From the NCBI GenBank assembly GCA_963666735.1, contig OY762926.1:736001-800000 (forward strand): a DNA stretch of 64,000 nucleotides, written 5' to 3'. The notes below the pieces were generated by a model. The model did not search any database and was not told the origin of the DNA. It saw nothing but the letters and a program-made list of their open reading frames with translations. The position numbers were made by a program, and so were the translations under genes. The stretch is from Gemmatimonadota bacterium (lineage in GTDB: Bacteria; Gemmatimonadota; Gemmatimonadetes; Palauibacterales; Palauibacteraceae). Below, piece after piece: positions 40,068 to 49,157 of the stretch; the first letter of the stretch is position 1, and each line of letters starts with the position of its first letter.

Positions 40068-40682
40068 CTAGATCAGGTATACGATCGTGAACAGGATGAT
40101 CCACACGAGGTCGACGAAGTGCCAGTAGAGGCCGAGCACTTCGATCCCGTGCGTGTTGTCCGCGCCCCAGTGCCCCCTGTAGGCGCGGATCGTGGCCCAT
40201 GCAAGGCAGATCACGCCGAGCAGGACGTGGAAGCCGTGAAAGCCCGTCATCGTGAAGAAGGTGGCCCCGTACAGCCCGGCGGCGGGCGTGAACCCGTGGC
40301 TGCCTTCCCAGGACTGGTGCAGCACGAGTTCCGTGTACTCGTAGATCTGCACGCCGAGGAAGGTGGCTCCCAGGAGTGTCGTCAACAGGAGCCAGAGCCG
40401 AATGCCCCGCTGGTCCCCCGCCTGCGCGGCCGCGAACGCCTTCACCATCGTCACGGAACTGCAGATGAGAAGGAACGTGTTGATCGCGGTCACCGTAACG
40501 TTCAATACGTCGCCGGGTTCCGCCCACGTGTCGGCGGCCCCGAACCGGAGCACGACGTACGAGCCGATGAGGCCCGCGAAGAACATCACCTCCGAGCACA
40601 GAAACACCCACATTCCCACCTTCTGGGTGTAGACATCGAGCCCTCTCTCGGGGACCCGGCCCGCGGTCGCGGCGTGTGCCAT
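40068..40682 (-). CDS. ctaE: Cytochrome c oxidase subunit III (short form)
   Basis: GMWVFLCSEVMFFAGL, NTFLLICSS, TGFHGFHV and GLYWHFVDLVW. Confidence 0.95.
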   Translation of the reverse strand: MAHAATAGRVPERGLDVYTQKVGMWVFLCSEVMFFAGLIGSYVVLRFGAADTWAEPGDVLNVTVTAINTFLLICSSVTMVKAFAAAQAGDQRGIRLWLLLTTLLGATFLGVQIYEYTELVLHQSWEGSHGFTPAAGLYGATFFTMTGFHGFHVLLGVICLAWATIRAYRGHWGADNTHGIEVLGLYWHFVDLVWIILFTIVYLI

Positions 40683-40711
40683 CTCGTCAGTTCCCTTCTG
40701 TGTCTATGCGA

Positions 40712-42478
40712 TTAGTGGCTGCCGGCGGCCGGGCTCACGACATCCGGCCGTTCGTTCTGCGCCAGCCAGTCCTTGTCCTCCACATCCGGATGGCTGTACT
40801 CGTGCGGACCGTGGTAGACGACCGGGATCTCCTCCCAGTTGCCGTGCTGGGGCGGCGAGGGGGTCTGCCACTCCAGCGTCGTCGCGTTCCACGGGTTCGC
40901 CCCGGCCTTCCTGCCCTTCTTCAGGCTCCAGAAGAAGTTGAACGCGAACAGGAAGCCGGACGCGAAGAGGATGAACGCGGACCAGGAGATGAGCGCGTTC
41001 GTGTCCTCGATACCCTGCAGGTGGGCGTAGCCGGTGGAGTCGTAGATGCGCCGCATCATCCCCACCATCCCCACGCCGTGCATGGGGAAGAAGACCAGGT
41101 TGAAGAAGACGAAGGTGAGCCAGAAATGGATCTTGCCCATCGTCTCGTTCATCATCCGGCCGAACATCTTCGGGTACCAGAAGTAGATCGCTCCGAAGAG
41201 CGCGAACAGGCTTCCTCCGAAGAGCACATAGTGGATGTGCGCCACGATGAAGTACGTATCGTGGATGTAGATATCGACCGGCGTCGAGGCCATGAAGACC
41301 CCCGACAGGCCCCCGATCGCGAACATCGCCACGAACCCGATCGCGAACAGCATCGCGGTGTGCAACTGGAGGTTCCCGCGCCACATGGTGCCCATCCAGT
41401 TGAACGTCTTGATCGCCGAAGGCACGGCGATGAAGAGCGTCGACACCGTGAAGGTGAGCCCCAGCATCGGATTCATCCCGCTCTGGAACATGTGGTGGCC
41501 CCACACGATGAAGCCGAGGAAGGCGATCGAGACGAGCGCCAGCACCATCGCCTTGTACCCGAACACCGGCTTCCGCGAGCCCACGGAGAGGATCTCGGAC
41601 GTGAAGCCCATGGCCGGGAGGATGAGGATGTAGACCTCCGGATGGCCGAAGAACCAGAACAGGTGCTGCCACAGGAGCGGCTGTCCGCCCCCCTCGGGGA
41701 GGAAGAAGCTCGTTCCGATCGTCTGGTCGAAGATGAGCATGATCCCCGCGGCCGAGAGCACCGGCATGGCGAGGAGCGCGAGGATGGCCGTGATGAACAG
41801 CGACCAAATCGTGAGCGGCATGCGCATCCAGGTCATTCCGGGCGCGCGCATGTTGATCGTCGTCGTGATGTAGTTCACCGAGCCCAGGATCGAGGAAAGC
41901 CCGATGAAGACGAGCGCCGCCAGCCACATGATCTGGCCCAGTCCGACCCCGGTGAGGTCGGGACGCGCGCTGAGCGGCGCGTAGAGCGTCCAGCCCGCCC
42001 CCGCGGCGCCCCCAACGACGAAGAAACTGGCCAGCGTGAGGATGCCGGCGGGCACCATCGCCCAGAAGGAGAGCATGTTCAGCCGCGGGAACGCCATGTC
42101 GTGCGTCCCGAGCTGCAGCGGGATGAGGTAGTTCGCCCACACGCCCACGAGCATCGGCATGATGGCGAGGAACACCATCACCGAGCCGTGCATCGTGACG
42201 AGGGCATTGTAGAACTCCGGCAGGATGTACCCGCTTGCCACCATCGACTCCGGGAAGATCCCGCCCAGTGGCAACTCGCCCCGCGCCGGCCACGCGATCT
42301 GGTATCGCATGAGCATCGCGAGCAGTCCCCCGATCATCAGGAAGAAGAGCGTGTAGATCAGGAACTGGATCGCGATGACCTTGTGGTCGGTCGAGAAGAT
42401 GTACTTGCGCAGGAACGACTGCTCGTGTTCCTCGTGCAGGATCGCCTGCCCGGTCGCCTCCGCTACGATCGTCGCCAT
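40712..42478 (-). CDS. ctaD: Heme-copper oxidase subunit I, A1 type
   Basis: STDHK, TMHG, FPRLN, WFFGHPEVY, VWGHHMF, VAHIHY and GMMRR. Confidence 0.97.
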   Translation of the reverse strand: MATIVAEATGQAILHEEHEQSFLRKYIFSTDHKVIAIQFLIYTLFFLMIGGLLAMLMRYQIAWPARGELPLGGIFPESMVASGYILPEFYNALVTMHGSVMVFLAIMPMLVGVWANYLIPLQLGTHDMAFPRLNMLSFWAMVPAGILTLASFFVVGGAAGAGWTLYAPLSARPDLTGVGLGQIMWLAALVFIGLSSILGSVNYITTTINMRAPGMTWMRMPLTIWSLFITAILALLAMPVLSAAGIMLIFDQTIGTSFFLPEGGGQPLLWQHLFWFFGHPEVYILILPAMGFTSEILSVGSRKPVFGYKAMVLALVSIAFLGFIVWGHHMFQSGMNPMLGLTFTVSTLFIAVPSAIKTFNWMGTMWRGNLQLHTAMLFAIGFVAMFAIGGLSGVFMASTPVDIYIHDTYFIVAHIHYVLFGGSLFALFGAIYFWYPKMFGRMMNETMGKIHFWLTFVFFNLVFFPMHGVGMVGMMRRIYDSTGYAHLQGIEDTNALISWSAFILFASGFLFAFNFFWSLKKGRKAGANPWNATTLEWQTPSPPQHGNWEEIPVVYHGPHEYSHPDVEDKDWLAQNERPDVVSPAAGSH

Positions 42479-42489
42479 ATCAGCCTTTC

Positions 42490-42524
42490 TCGATCACTGG
42501 TCGGTCACTGGGTCGATCACTGGG
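42490..42524. repeat. Three imperfect tandem copies of an 11-12 nt unit (tcgRtcactgg) at the ctaC stop / ctaD leader
   Basis: tcgatcactgg tcggtcactggg tcgatcactggg, read directly from the sequence. Confidence 0.7.
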
Positions 42525-43188
42525 CGGTCGCCGACGCCTGGCTGGCCTGCCAGGCGTCGAAGTCCGCCGCGCTGTGCACGGTTACGCTCGCCATCATGTA
42601 GTAGTGGCCCAGGCCACACAGCTCGGCGCACGCGATCTCGAAGTCCCCGGTCTGGGTCGCGTCGAACCACACCGGGATGGTCATGCCCGGAACCGCGTCC
42701 TGCTTCACGCGGAGTTCGGGGATGAAGAAGGAGTGAATCACGTCCTCGGACTCGAGCAGGATCGTGATGTCCTCGTTCACCGGGAAGTGGAACTGGTTGC
42801 GGACGGTGAAGTCGTCCCCCGTCCCCAGCGTCTCGTCGACTCCGGGATAGGTGATGTTCCATTCGAACTGCTTGCCCACGACGAGGAACTCGAGCGCGTC
42901 CTCCGGCCGGTTGGAGCTCCCCTTGATGTCGTCCCAGACCATGGCCGAATAGCCGCCGAGGATCGCGATGATGATGGCCGGGATCACCGTCCAGATGATC
43001 TCCAGCCGGTTCGAGCCGTGCGTGTAATGCGCCCTGGCTCCCTCGCGTGCCCGGTACTTGATGCAGAACCAGAGGATGCCGCCCTCCACGAGCAGGAAGG
43101 CGATGCCGGTAATGACGAGGATGATCCAGAACAACTGGTCGATCACGACGCCGAATGTCGAGTAGTTCGGGGGCAGCGCCCAATCCAC
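42517..43188 (-). CDS. ctaC: Cytochrome c oxidase subunit II (CuA, no fused cytochrome c)
   Basis: LEIIWTVIP, DVIHSF and CAELCGLGHYYM; no CxxCH. Confidence 0.96.
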   Translation of the reverse strand: MDWALPPNYSTFGVVIDQLFWIILVITGIAFLLVEGGILWFCIKYRAREGARAHYTHGSNRLEIIWTVIPAIIIAILGGYSAMVWDDIKGSSNRPEDALEFLVVGKQFEWNITYPGVDETLGTGDDFTVRNQFHFPVNEDITILLESEDVIHSFFIPELRVKQDAVPGMTIPVWFDATQTGDFEIACAELCGLGHYYMMASVTVHSAADFDAWQASQASATAQ

Positions 43189-43278
43189 GAGCTATCTCCT
43201 TCCAGGTGACCCTTCGGATGAATGGGAACGCGAGCGGAACCGGGCGGCCGTTCCGGCCACCGGGCCCCGCCCCTGGAA

Positions 43279-44136
43279 TTACTGTGTGCGCTCCACCCGG
43301 ATGCGGTTCGTTCCGTGCTCGATGACGAGGGCGTCGGCCATGGGGACGTCGGCGCCCATCATCTCGCCGTTGTAGTCGAACGAGGCCTCGGCCATGCCGC
43401 CCGCCGTGACGGTCACGCTCGCCGTCATCGTGCCGAACTCCTCGTGCCACGCCGTCATCGTGTAGTCGCCGGCCGGGACGTTGGCGATCGAGTAGCTTCC
43501 GTCGGCGCCCGTCACCGCGAAGTACGGGTGATCGACGACGCCGATGTACGCCTGCATCCAGCCGTGCACGTCGCAGCGTACCGGCACCATGACTTCCGCC
43601 ACCTGGAAACGCTGCGTGCTCGTGATCCCCGCCCGGGGCTGGCTGATGTTGAAGCCGCGGTTCTCGGTCGGGGTGGCGTTGATGTTGTGGAGCAGGTTGT
43701 CGCTGTTCGAGATCTCGATGTCCTGCCCGCTCTGCACGCCCAGCACGTGCGGCGTGTAGCGGCAGTTCTCCTGGTCGAGTTCGGCGGCGCCCGACGCGGC
43801 CGGAGCGCCGGAGACGCCCTCGCTCAGGTAGACGAACACGTTGGCGAGGCCGCCGCCGGACACGAGGACGTTCTGGGCCATGGGCCCGTCCGCGCCATAG
43901 CCGGCGGCGCAATCCGCCTCCGCGGACATGTCGATGGCCTCCATCGCCGGGACCATTCCGCCGAAGTTGGCCGTGCCCGAGATCGTACCCACCGTGGACG
44001 GATCCACCGCGGCGGCGGCCGGCGCCGCTTCGCCCGCGTCGTCCGCCGCGCCTTCGGACGATCCGCCGCCGCCACAAGCGGCCATCGCTGCGACGGCCAG
44101 CAGGGCGGCCGAGCGGTTCCAGAAATGCGATCGCAT
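43279..44136 (-). CDS. Lipoprotein with cupredoxin-like (HN...C-x2-H-x2-M) and carboxypeptidase-regulatory-like domains
   Basis: Lipobox AMAAC; QENCRYTPH, LLHNIN, RCDVHGWM and HPYFAVT..DG.Y.I..VPAG.Y. GGAGG RBS. Confidence 0.75.
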   Translation of the reverse strand: MRSHFWNRSAALLAVAAMAACGGGGSSEGAADDAGEAAPAAAAVDPSTVGTISGTANFGGMVPAMEAIDMSAEADCAAGYGADGPMAQNVLVSGGGLANVFVYLSEGVSGAPAASGAAELDQENCRYTPHVLGVQSGQDIEISNSDNLLHNINATPTENRGFNISQPRAGITSTQRFQVAEVMVPVRCDVHGWMQAYIGVVDHPYFAVTGADGSYSIANVPAGDYTMTAWHEEFGTMTASVTVTAGGMAEASFDYNGEMMGADVPMADALVIEHGTNRIRVERTQ

Positions 44137-44212
44137 TGACTTACCTCCGTACGAGAAGCTGTTGCGCTATCGGCTGTTGAGAGCCCTTCCCCACCTCTTC
44201 GTCATCGCTTCG

Positions 44213-45772
44213 TCAATCCCTCCGACGGTCCTGGGCCCGGCGCACGAGAACGAGACCGAAGGCCCCCGTCAAGAGCATGGCCAGCAGGGGCGTCACGACG
44301 ACCGTGCTGGATGCCGGAGGTTCGAGGAGAATGTAGTACCACGTGCTCACGGAACTGCGCTTCCCGACCTCGGCGCTGGATCCGTCCCAGGCCTGGAAGG
44401 CGATGGGCGTCGGAGTGCCCTCGGCGAAGTCGAGGCCGTCGCTTTCGACCTCGATCGGACGGCGGACATAAAGCGTCCAGCGTCCCTCCTCCCACCTCGC
44501 TTCCCCGGTGACCGGGTCCTCCGTGAGCGGTTCGACCGAGCCCAGGCCCCGGCCGCGCGCGGCGCCGACACCCGCCTCCGAATCCCACGTCCAGAGATAG
44601 ACCGGCTCGCGGGTGTCCCCCATGAGGAAATACGGCCGGTCGGTGCCCTCCGGCATTTCGAAGGGGAACTGGAGGAGCACCGCGTCGGGGGGTCTCACGG
44701 CCGGCGCGCCGGCGCTGTCGAGGGCGATGGGGTCCGCGCCGTCGAGGTCGAGCGCGGCCGTGATCTTCTCCTGCCACTCGTCCCAATTCGGGTCCGGACT
44801 CATCGATGGGTCGTTCCACCGTACGCGCAGCGCGACATCGGTTCCGTCGTGAAGCCCCTGAACCCAGAGCCCGTCGACCGTCGGCGCGAAATTGCGCGGC
44901 GTCTGGACGATCTGCCCCGACATCGGGAAGTAGAATGCCTCGACGCCCGCCCAGGCCTCCTCGCCGCCATCGGCAGGGAGTCCGCTCTCGGCGCGCCCCA
45001 CGCGGACCACGTCCCGCAGCGGCGGCATCTCGCGCGGTCCGAACGAGGCAAGGTAGTGCGCCAGTTGCCACACCTCGTCCGGAGAGACGACGCCCGAGTT
45101 CATGGCGTCGATCGCCGACGGCATCGGAGTTCCGTCCAGCCCGGTCAGCATCCTCGTATGCATGTCCTCGACGCTGCTGCCGCCGTTCAGAACCCACGCT
45201 TCCGTGAGGTCCGCCGCGCGAATGGGCAGCCCCCGCCAGTCCTCGAGCGTCGGGGCCGAGGTACCGTCGCCCCGGCCGGAAAGGCCGTGGCACTCCTCGC
45301 ACAACATCGTGAGATAGGCCGCCGCCCCCGCCTCGATCGCCGCGGCGCCCCCGCCCGGATCGGATCCGAAATCCAGCGGCTCGGGCGCCGGGCCCTGGCC
45401 GAAGAACCTCGAGAAGCTCTTCAGGTAGACGATGACGTCGTCGATCTCCCGGTCCGTGAGATTGGGCCAGCCCGGCATCGTCGTGCCGGGGAGCCCGTTC
45501 TCGATCGCGAACCGGATGTCCGCGTCCGTCGGGAGCTGTCCGCTCCCGGTGGTGCGGACCTGGTAGAGCGCCTGCGTGAAATCGCGCGGCCGCGGCAGCA
45601 TCGAAGCGGCGGCCGAGCCATCCCCCTGCCCGGTCTCGCCGTGACATTCCGCGCACCAGCGGTCGTACACGACCTTGCCGGCGGCGGCCGCATCTTCCTG
45701 CCCCGCCAGCGCCGGCGAAGTGCCCGCGAACAGGGCGAGCAGCACGATTGCCGTCCGGCGCGTCGCCCTCAT
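44213..45772 (-). CDS. Exported diheme c cytochrome fused to EbdC/NxrC-like (DOMON heme b) domain, C-terminal TM anchor
   Basis: Signal peptide; CAECH and CEECH with PRDFT, GTTMP and GTPMP; then MSGQI, HDG, W.D, PYFLMGD and AWDGS..E.GK. ATG at 45772. Confidence 0.8.
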   Translation of the reverse strand: MRATRRTAIVLLALFAGTSPALAGQEDAAAAGKVVYDRWCAECHGETGQGDGSAAASMLPRPRDFTQALYQVRTTGSGQLPTDADIRFAIENGLPGTTMPGWPNLTDREIDDVIVYLKSFSRFFGQGPAPEPLDFGSDPGGGAAAIEAGAAAYLTMLCEECHGLSGRGDGTSAPTLEDWRGLPIRAADLTEAWVLNGGSSVEDMHTRMLTGLDGTPMPSAIDAMNSGVVSPDEVWQLAHYLASFGPREMPPLRDVVRVGRAESGLPADGGEEAWAGVEAFYFPMSGQIVQTPRNFAPTVDGLWVQGLHDGTDVALRVRWNDPSMSPDPNWDEWQEKITAALDLDGADPIALDSAGAPAVRPPDAVLLQFPFEMPEGTDRPYFLMGDTREPVYLWTWDSEAGVGAARGRGLGSVEPLTEDPVTGEARWEEGRWTLYVRRPIEVESDGLDFAEGTPTPIAFQAWDGSSAEVGKRSSVSTWYYILLEPPASSTVVVTPLLAMLLTGAFGLVLVRRAQDRRRD

Positions 45773-46566
45773 TCGTGCCCCCCTTCCCCTTCTTCTTCCC
45801 AAGTGCGCGGCGTGAACCCCGTCTGGTCGTAGAGATAGAGGATCACCGCCCAGATCTCGTCCTGCTCGAGGATCGACTCCCAGGCCGGCATGGCCGAATC
45901 CCACGGCGTCCCCTCGCGCGGGAGGCCGGGACCGCCCTTGACGATGCGCCAGAACACGTAGCTCTCCGTGAGCTGCGGCAGGTTGCCCGAACTCGTGAAA
46001 TCGGCGGGAACCGGGTTGAAGGCCTGCGCGTAGTGGCCCTGGCCGTCGAGCAGGTCGCCGTGGCAGGGCACGCAGTTGCGGACGTAGACCCGCTTCCCGG
46101 CCGCCATGTGCTCCTCCATGGAGCCTTCCTCGCGCAGCGGGTTCTCGAGCCCCGTCAATTCGATCGACTCGCCGCGGAAGGTGAGCTGGTTCGGCGGCGC
46201 GGGGTGTACGGCGCGCAACGTGGCCGGCGCGGCGTAGCTCGGCTTCACCCGTTCGTAGGCGAGCCAGCCGATGAGAACCGGGATCGCCACCATCAGAATC
46301 CCGCGCAGCGTCCGCCGGCCGGGCTGCACCATCGTGGCCTGGATGGGTTCGCGGAAGCGCTGCCAGCGTTCTTCGTCCGCGCTCATGTAGAGGAGGATGC
46401 CGACGAGGACGATGAGCATGTACTCCACGATGACGGAACTCGGGACCGGCGCGCTCGCCACGCCGACCACCGGAAGCACGTATCCGATCACGTACTCGAA
46501 CGCGACATATGACGCGACGACCACGATCGCACCCTGCCAGAACGGGTGGGACAGGTAACGTCTCAT
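45769..46566 (-). CDS. Membrane-anchored monoheme cytochrome c
   Basis: Three N-terminal TM helices, RAVHPAPP, CVPCHGD and WDSAMPAWE. Confidence 0.88.
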   Translation of the reverse strand: MRRYLSHPFWQGAIVVVASYVAFEYVIGYVLPVVGVASAPVPSSVIVEYMLIVLVGILLYMSADEERWQRFREPIQATMVQPGRRTLRGILMVAIPVLIGWLAYERVKPSYAAPATLRAVHPAPPNQLTFRGESIELTGLENPLREEGSMEEHMAAGKRVYVRNCVPCHGDLLDGQGHYAQAFNPVPADFTSSGNLPQLTESYVFWRIVKGGPGLPREGTPWDSAMPAWESILEQDEIWAVILYLYDQTGFTPRTWEEEGEGGHE

Positions 46567-47399
46567 CGGCCACCTCCCGCGCTGTCGGCCGGCGATTCCG
46601 CCGGATCGCCCGGAGCCTCCGCGCCGGATCCCGCGCCTCCGACGAAGAAGTTCACGAGGACATCCAGTTCCACCGGAGACATGAGATCCCCGAAGATCGT
46701 CGGCATCGTGCCGGCGAAGGCGGAGTACTCCTCGTTGATCGTCGCCATCGGATTCACGATCCCTTCGAGGACGACGGCGGGATCCTGTCCCCGCAACTCC
46801 TCGAAGGGCGGGGCGACCATGCCGCCCTCCCCGCCGAGCTGGTGGCAGGCGAGACAGCCCTGCGCCGTGATCAGGGCGACCGCGTCGACCTGGCTCGGGT
46901 CGGTGACGGCGGCGGGTGGCGGAGCGGACTCGGCCGCATCATCGGCGGCCAGCGCCGCGGCGAAGTCATCCGCGTTCACGGTGATCTCGCCACCCTGCGA
47001 CTCCAGGAAGGCGACGAGCGTCCACAGCTCGGCCTGCGACGAAGTGATGCTCTGATCGATCATGATGGGCTCGAAGCCCTCCACGATGTAGGCCGTCGGG
47101 CTGGTGAGAGACTCCCACAGGTAGTCCTTGCAGCTCTGCCCGGGTACGCGCGTGGCGCACACGCTGCCCGCCACCCCGACGAGATCCGGGGCGCGAGTGC
47201 CGAGGCCATGGCACGCCGTGCAGCCGCCCGCCCCCGCGTAGATCTCCTCGCCGATCGCCGCGAGCTCCTCGGGCGGCATGTCCGCGCTGAGCACGACCTC
47301 CCTGGGCACTGCCGACTGTACCTGCGGGATCACGTTCGCCACGAAGGTGAACACCGCCAGCGTCGCCACGACCGTGAACAGGATCTTCAGGTTCGTCAT
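46563..47399 (-). CDS. Membrane-anchored diheme cytochrome c
   Basis: N-terminal TM; CTACH, YLWESL..P.AYIV.GF..IM, CLACH and GTMP. Confidence 0.88.
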   Translation of the reverse strand: MTNLKILFTVVATLAVFTFVANVIPQVQSAVPREVVLSADMPPEELAAIGEEIYAGAGGCTACHGLGTRAPDLVGVAGSVCATRVPGQSCKDYLWESLTSPTAYIVEGFEPIMIDQSITSSQAELWTLVAFLESQGGEITVNADDFAAALAADDAAESAPPPAAVTDPSQVDAVALITAQGCLACHQLGGEGGMVAPPFEELRGQDPAVVLEGIVNPMATINEEYSAFAGTMPTIFGDLMSPVELDVLVNFFVGGAGSGAEAPGDPAESPADSAGGGR

Positions 47400-49157
47400 C
47401 TATTTCTCGCCTCCCGCCTCGGTTTCCTGATAGACGGAACGTTCGGCCAGGCCGCCGAGCCAGAAGATGAACCCGACGAGCGCGAAGAAGATGAGCACGC
47501 AGATGCTGATGATCGTCGCCGCCGGACCCAGCGCCGGGGTGAAGGCTTGCTCGCTCGTGTCGCGGATCACTTCGTAGACGTGCCAGTGCTGCCGGATCCC
47601 GCTGCGGGCGAAGCCCATCAGCCCCATGAGCCACGTAAACGTGACGGCGAGGATGAGGAGCGCGTACTGCGACCGATCCGGCATCTTCCCCCACCGGATC
47701 TCGCCCCGCGACTTGGCGCCCCGCAGCATCACCATGTCGATCCCGATGACGAACAGGATCGTCGCCAGGACCGCGAGCACCTGGTAGACGGAGAAGCCGA
47801 TCCGCACGATCGCCGTCACGAAGTAGCCGTACACCCCGTAAAAGACGACGACGACGGCGGAGAGCGCGAAGGCCGCCCCCTGCAGCATCGTCCCCGCCCG
47901 GACCCACGGTACCACGGGATCCTTGTTCGCCCTCCGGTACATGAGGAAGGAGAGGAACGTCGTCAGGATCATCAGGTTGACGGCGGTATTCTTCGCGCTC
48001 ATCACGCCGAGCACCTGCAGGAAGGGGTGCCGGATTCCTCCCATGGCCGCGATCTCGTCGCGGTCGGCGATCATCGTGTTGGGCGTGGCCCACACGATGA
48101 CTCCCAGGACCAGCACGAGCAGCATCCACTTGATGTAGGGCTGAAATCGTTCGGCTCCGGGGATCCGTCCCATCCCGATCCACAGGTAGTAGTTGCCCGC
48201 GAGGAAGAGGATGCCGATGAGGAAGGCCTGGATGATCCAGAGCCAGCTCATGAAACCGCCCATCATCGTGATGCCCATCTGCTGGCTGAACTCGTAGATC
48301 TCGCGGCCGAGCCAGTAGCCGGCGAAGGGGAGGACGATGAGGGCGCCGATCGCGATCAGGTTGCCGGTATAGCCCATCCAGTCGTAATGGGCGCGTTCCT
48401 CGTCGGTCTTGCTCGTGAGGAAGCGGTACGCGGCGTAGGCGCCGACCACCGCGCCGCCGAACACCACGTTCGCGAGCAGCCGGTGGATGTTGATCGGCAT
48501 CCAGGTCGCGTTGTTGATCGCGCTCCACAGCTGAACGGTCTGGGGCGCCGTGTCCGCCGTGAGTCCCTCGGGCGGGCTCATCATGTAGGTGAGCCACCCG
48601 TTCGCGATGAACATGACGATCGTGCCCCAGATGTTGAGCATGATCCCCAGGCACCAGTGGGCCTTCTTCGCGGCGCCCTTCTTCCACGCGTCCCACCCGT
48701 AGTAGTAGAGGTAGAGCGTGAACGACTCGAGGAAGAAGAGGCCCGCGTACACCCACATCGACGGGGCGAAGATCGCCGTCAGGTACGCCCAGAAACGCGG
48801 GTAGAGGGTCGAGAGGAAGAAGACGAGGATCGCACCCCAGATCGCGGTCGCGCTGTACGCCACGAGCAGGAGGCGGGTAAATTCCTTCGCGAGCTTGTCG
48901 TACTTCTCGTCCCCCCCGAACATCCCGATCGCCTCGATGACGACGGCGAACATGGGCACGCCGAGTACGAAGGCCGCGAACAGCAGGTGGAGCTGGGCCG
49001 CGATCCAGACCGCGCCGCGGCGGTCGAGCCCGAGGAAGTTGAACTCACCGTAGTCGGGCCCCGGAGCCTGCGCGAGGAGCGGCAGCGCGACCGCCAGCGC
49101 GAGAGCGGCCAGCAGTACGCCGCGGGCCACGACACCACGGGTCATCCAGCGCTTCAT
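47400..49157 (-). CDS. Cytochrome bd oxidase subunit I-like protein (non-canonical, bd-like)
   Basis: AQLHLLFAAFVLGVP, FFLES, NGWLTYMMSP, NIHRLLAN and GFARSGIRQHWHVY (GRQPW equivalent). No Q-loop. ATG at 49157; the track ORF is over-extended. Confidence 0.8.
   Translation of the reverse strand: MKRWMTRGVVARGVLLAALALAVALPLLAQAPGPDYGEFNFLGLDRRGAVWIAAQLHLLFAAFVLGVPMFAVVIEAIGMFGGDEKYDKLAKEFTRLLLVAYSATAIWGAILVFFLSTLYPRFWAYLTAIFAPSMWVYAGLFFLESFTLYLYYYGWDAWKKGAAKKAHWCLGIMLNIWGTIVMFIANGWLTYMMSPPEGLTADTAPQTVQLWSAINNATWMPINIHRLLANVVFGGAVVGAYAAYRFLTSKTDEERAHYDWMGYTGNLIAIGALIVLPFAGYWLGREIYEFSQQMGITMMGGFMSWLWIIQAFLIGILFLAGNYYLWIGMGRIPGAERFQPYIKWMLLVLVLGVIVWATPNTMIADRDEIAAMGGIRHPFLQVLGVMSAKNTAVNLMILTTFLSFLMYRRANKDPVVPWVRAGTMLQGAAFALSAVVVVFYGVYGYFVTAIVRIGFSVYQVLAVLATILFVIGIDMVMLRGAKSRGEIRWGKMPDRSQYALLILAVTFTWLMGLMGFARSGIRQHWHVYEVIRDTSEQAFTPALGPAATIISICVLIFFALVGFIFWLGGLAERSVYQETEAGGEK

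Noticed and set aside
44213..49157. Evidence that the organism is a nitrite oxidiser
   Set aside because: Only the NxrC/EbdC-like and bd-like parts are present. There is no molybdopterin alpha or Fe-S beta subunit in the window.
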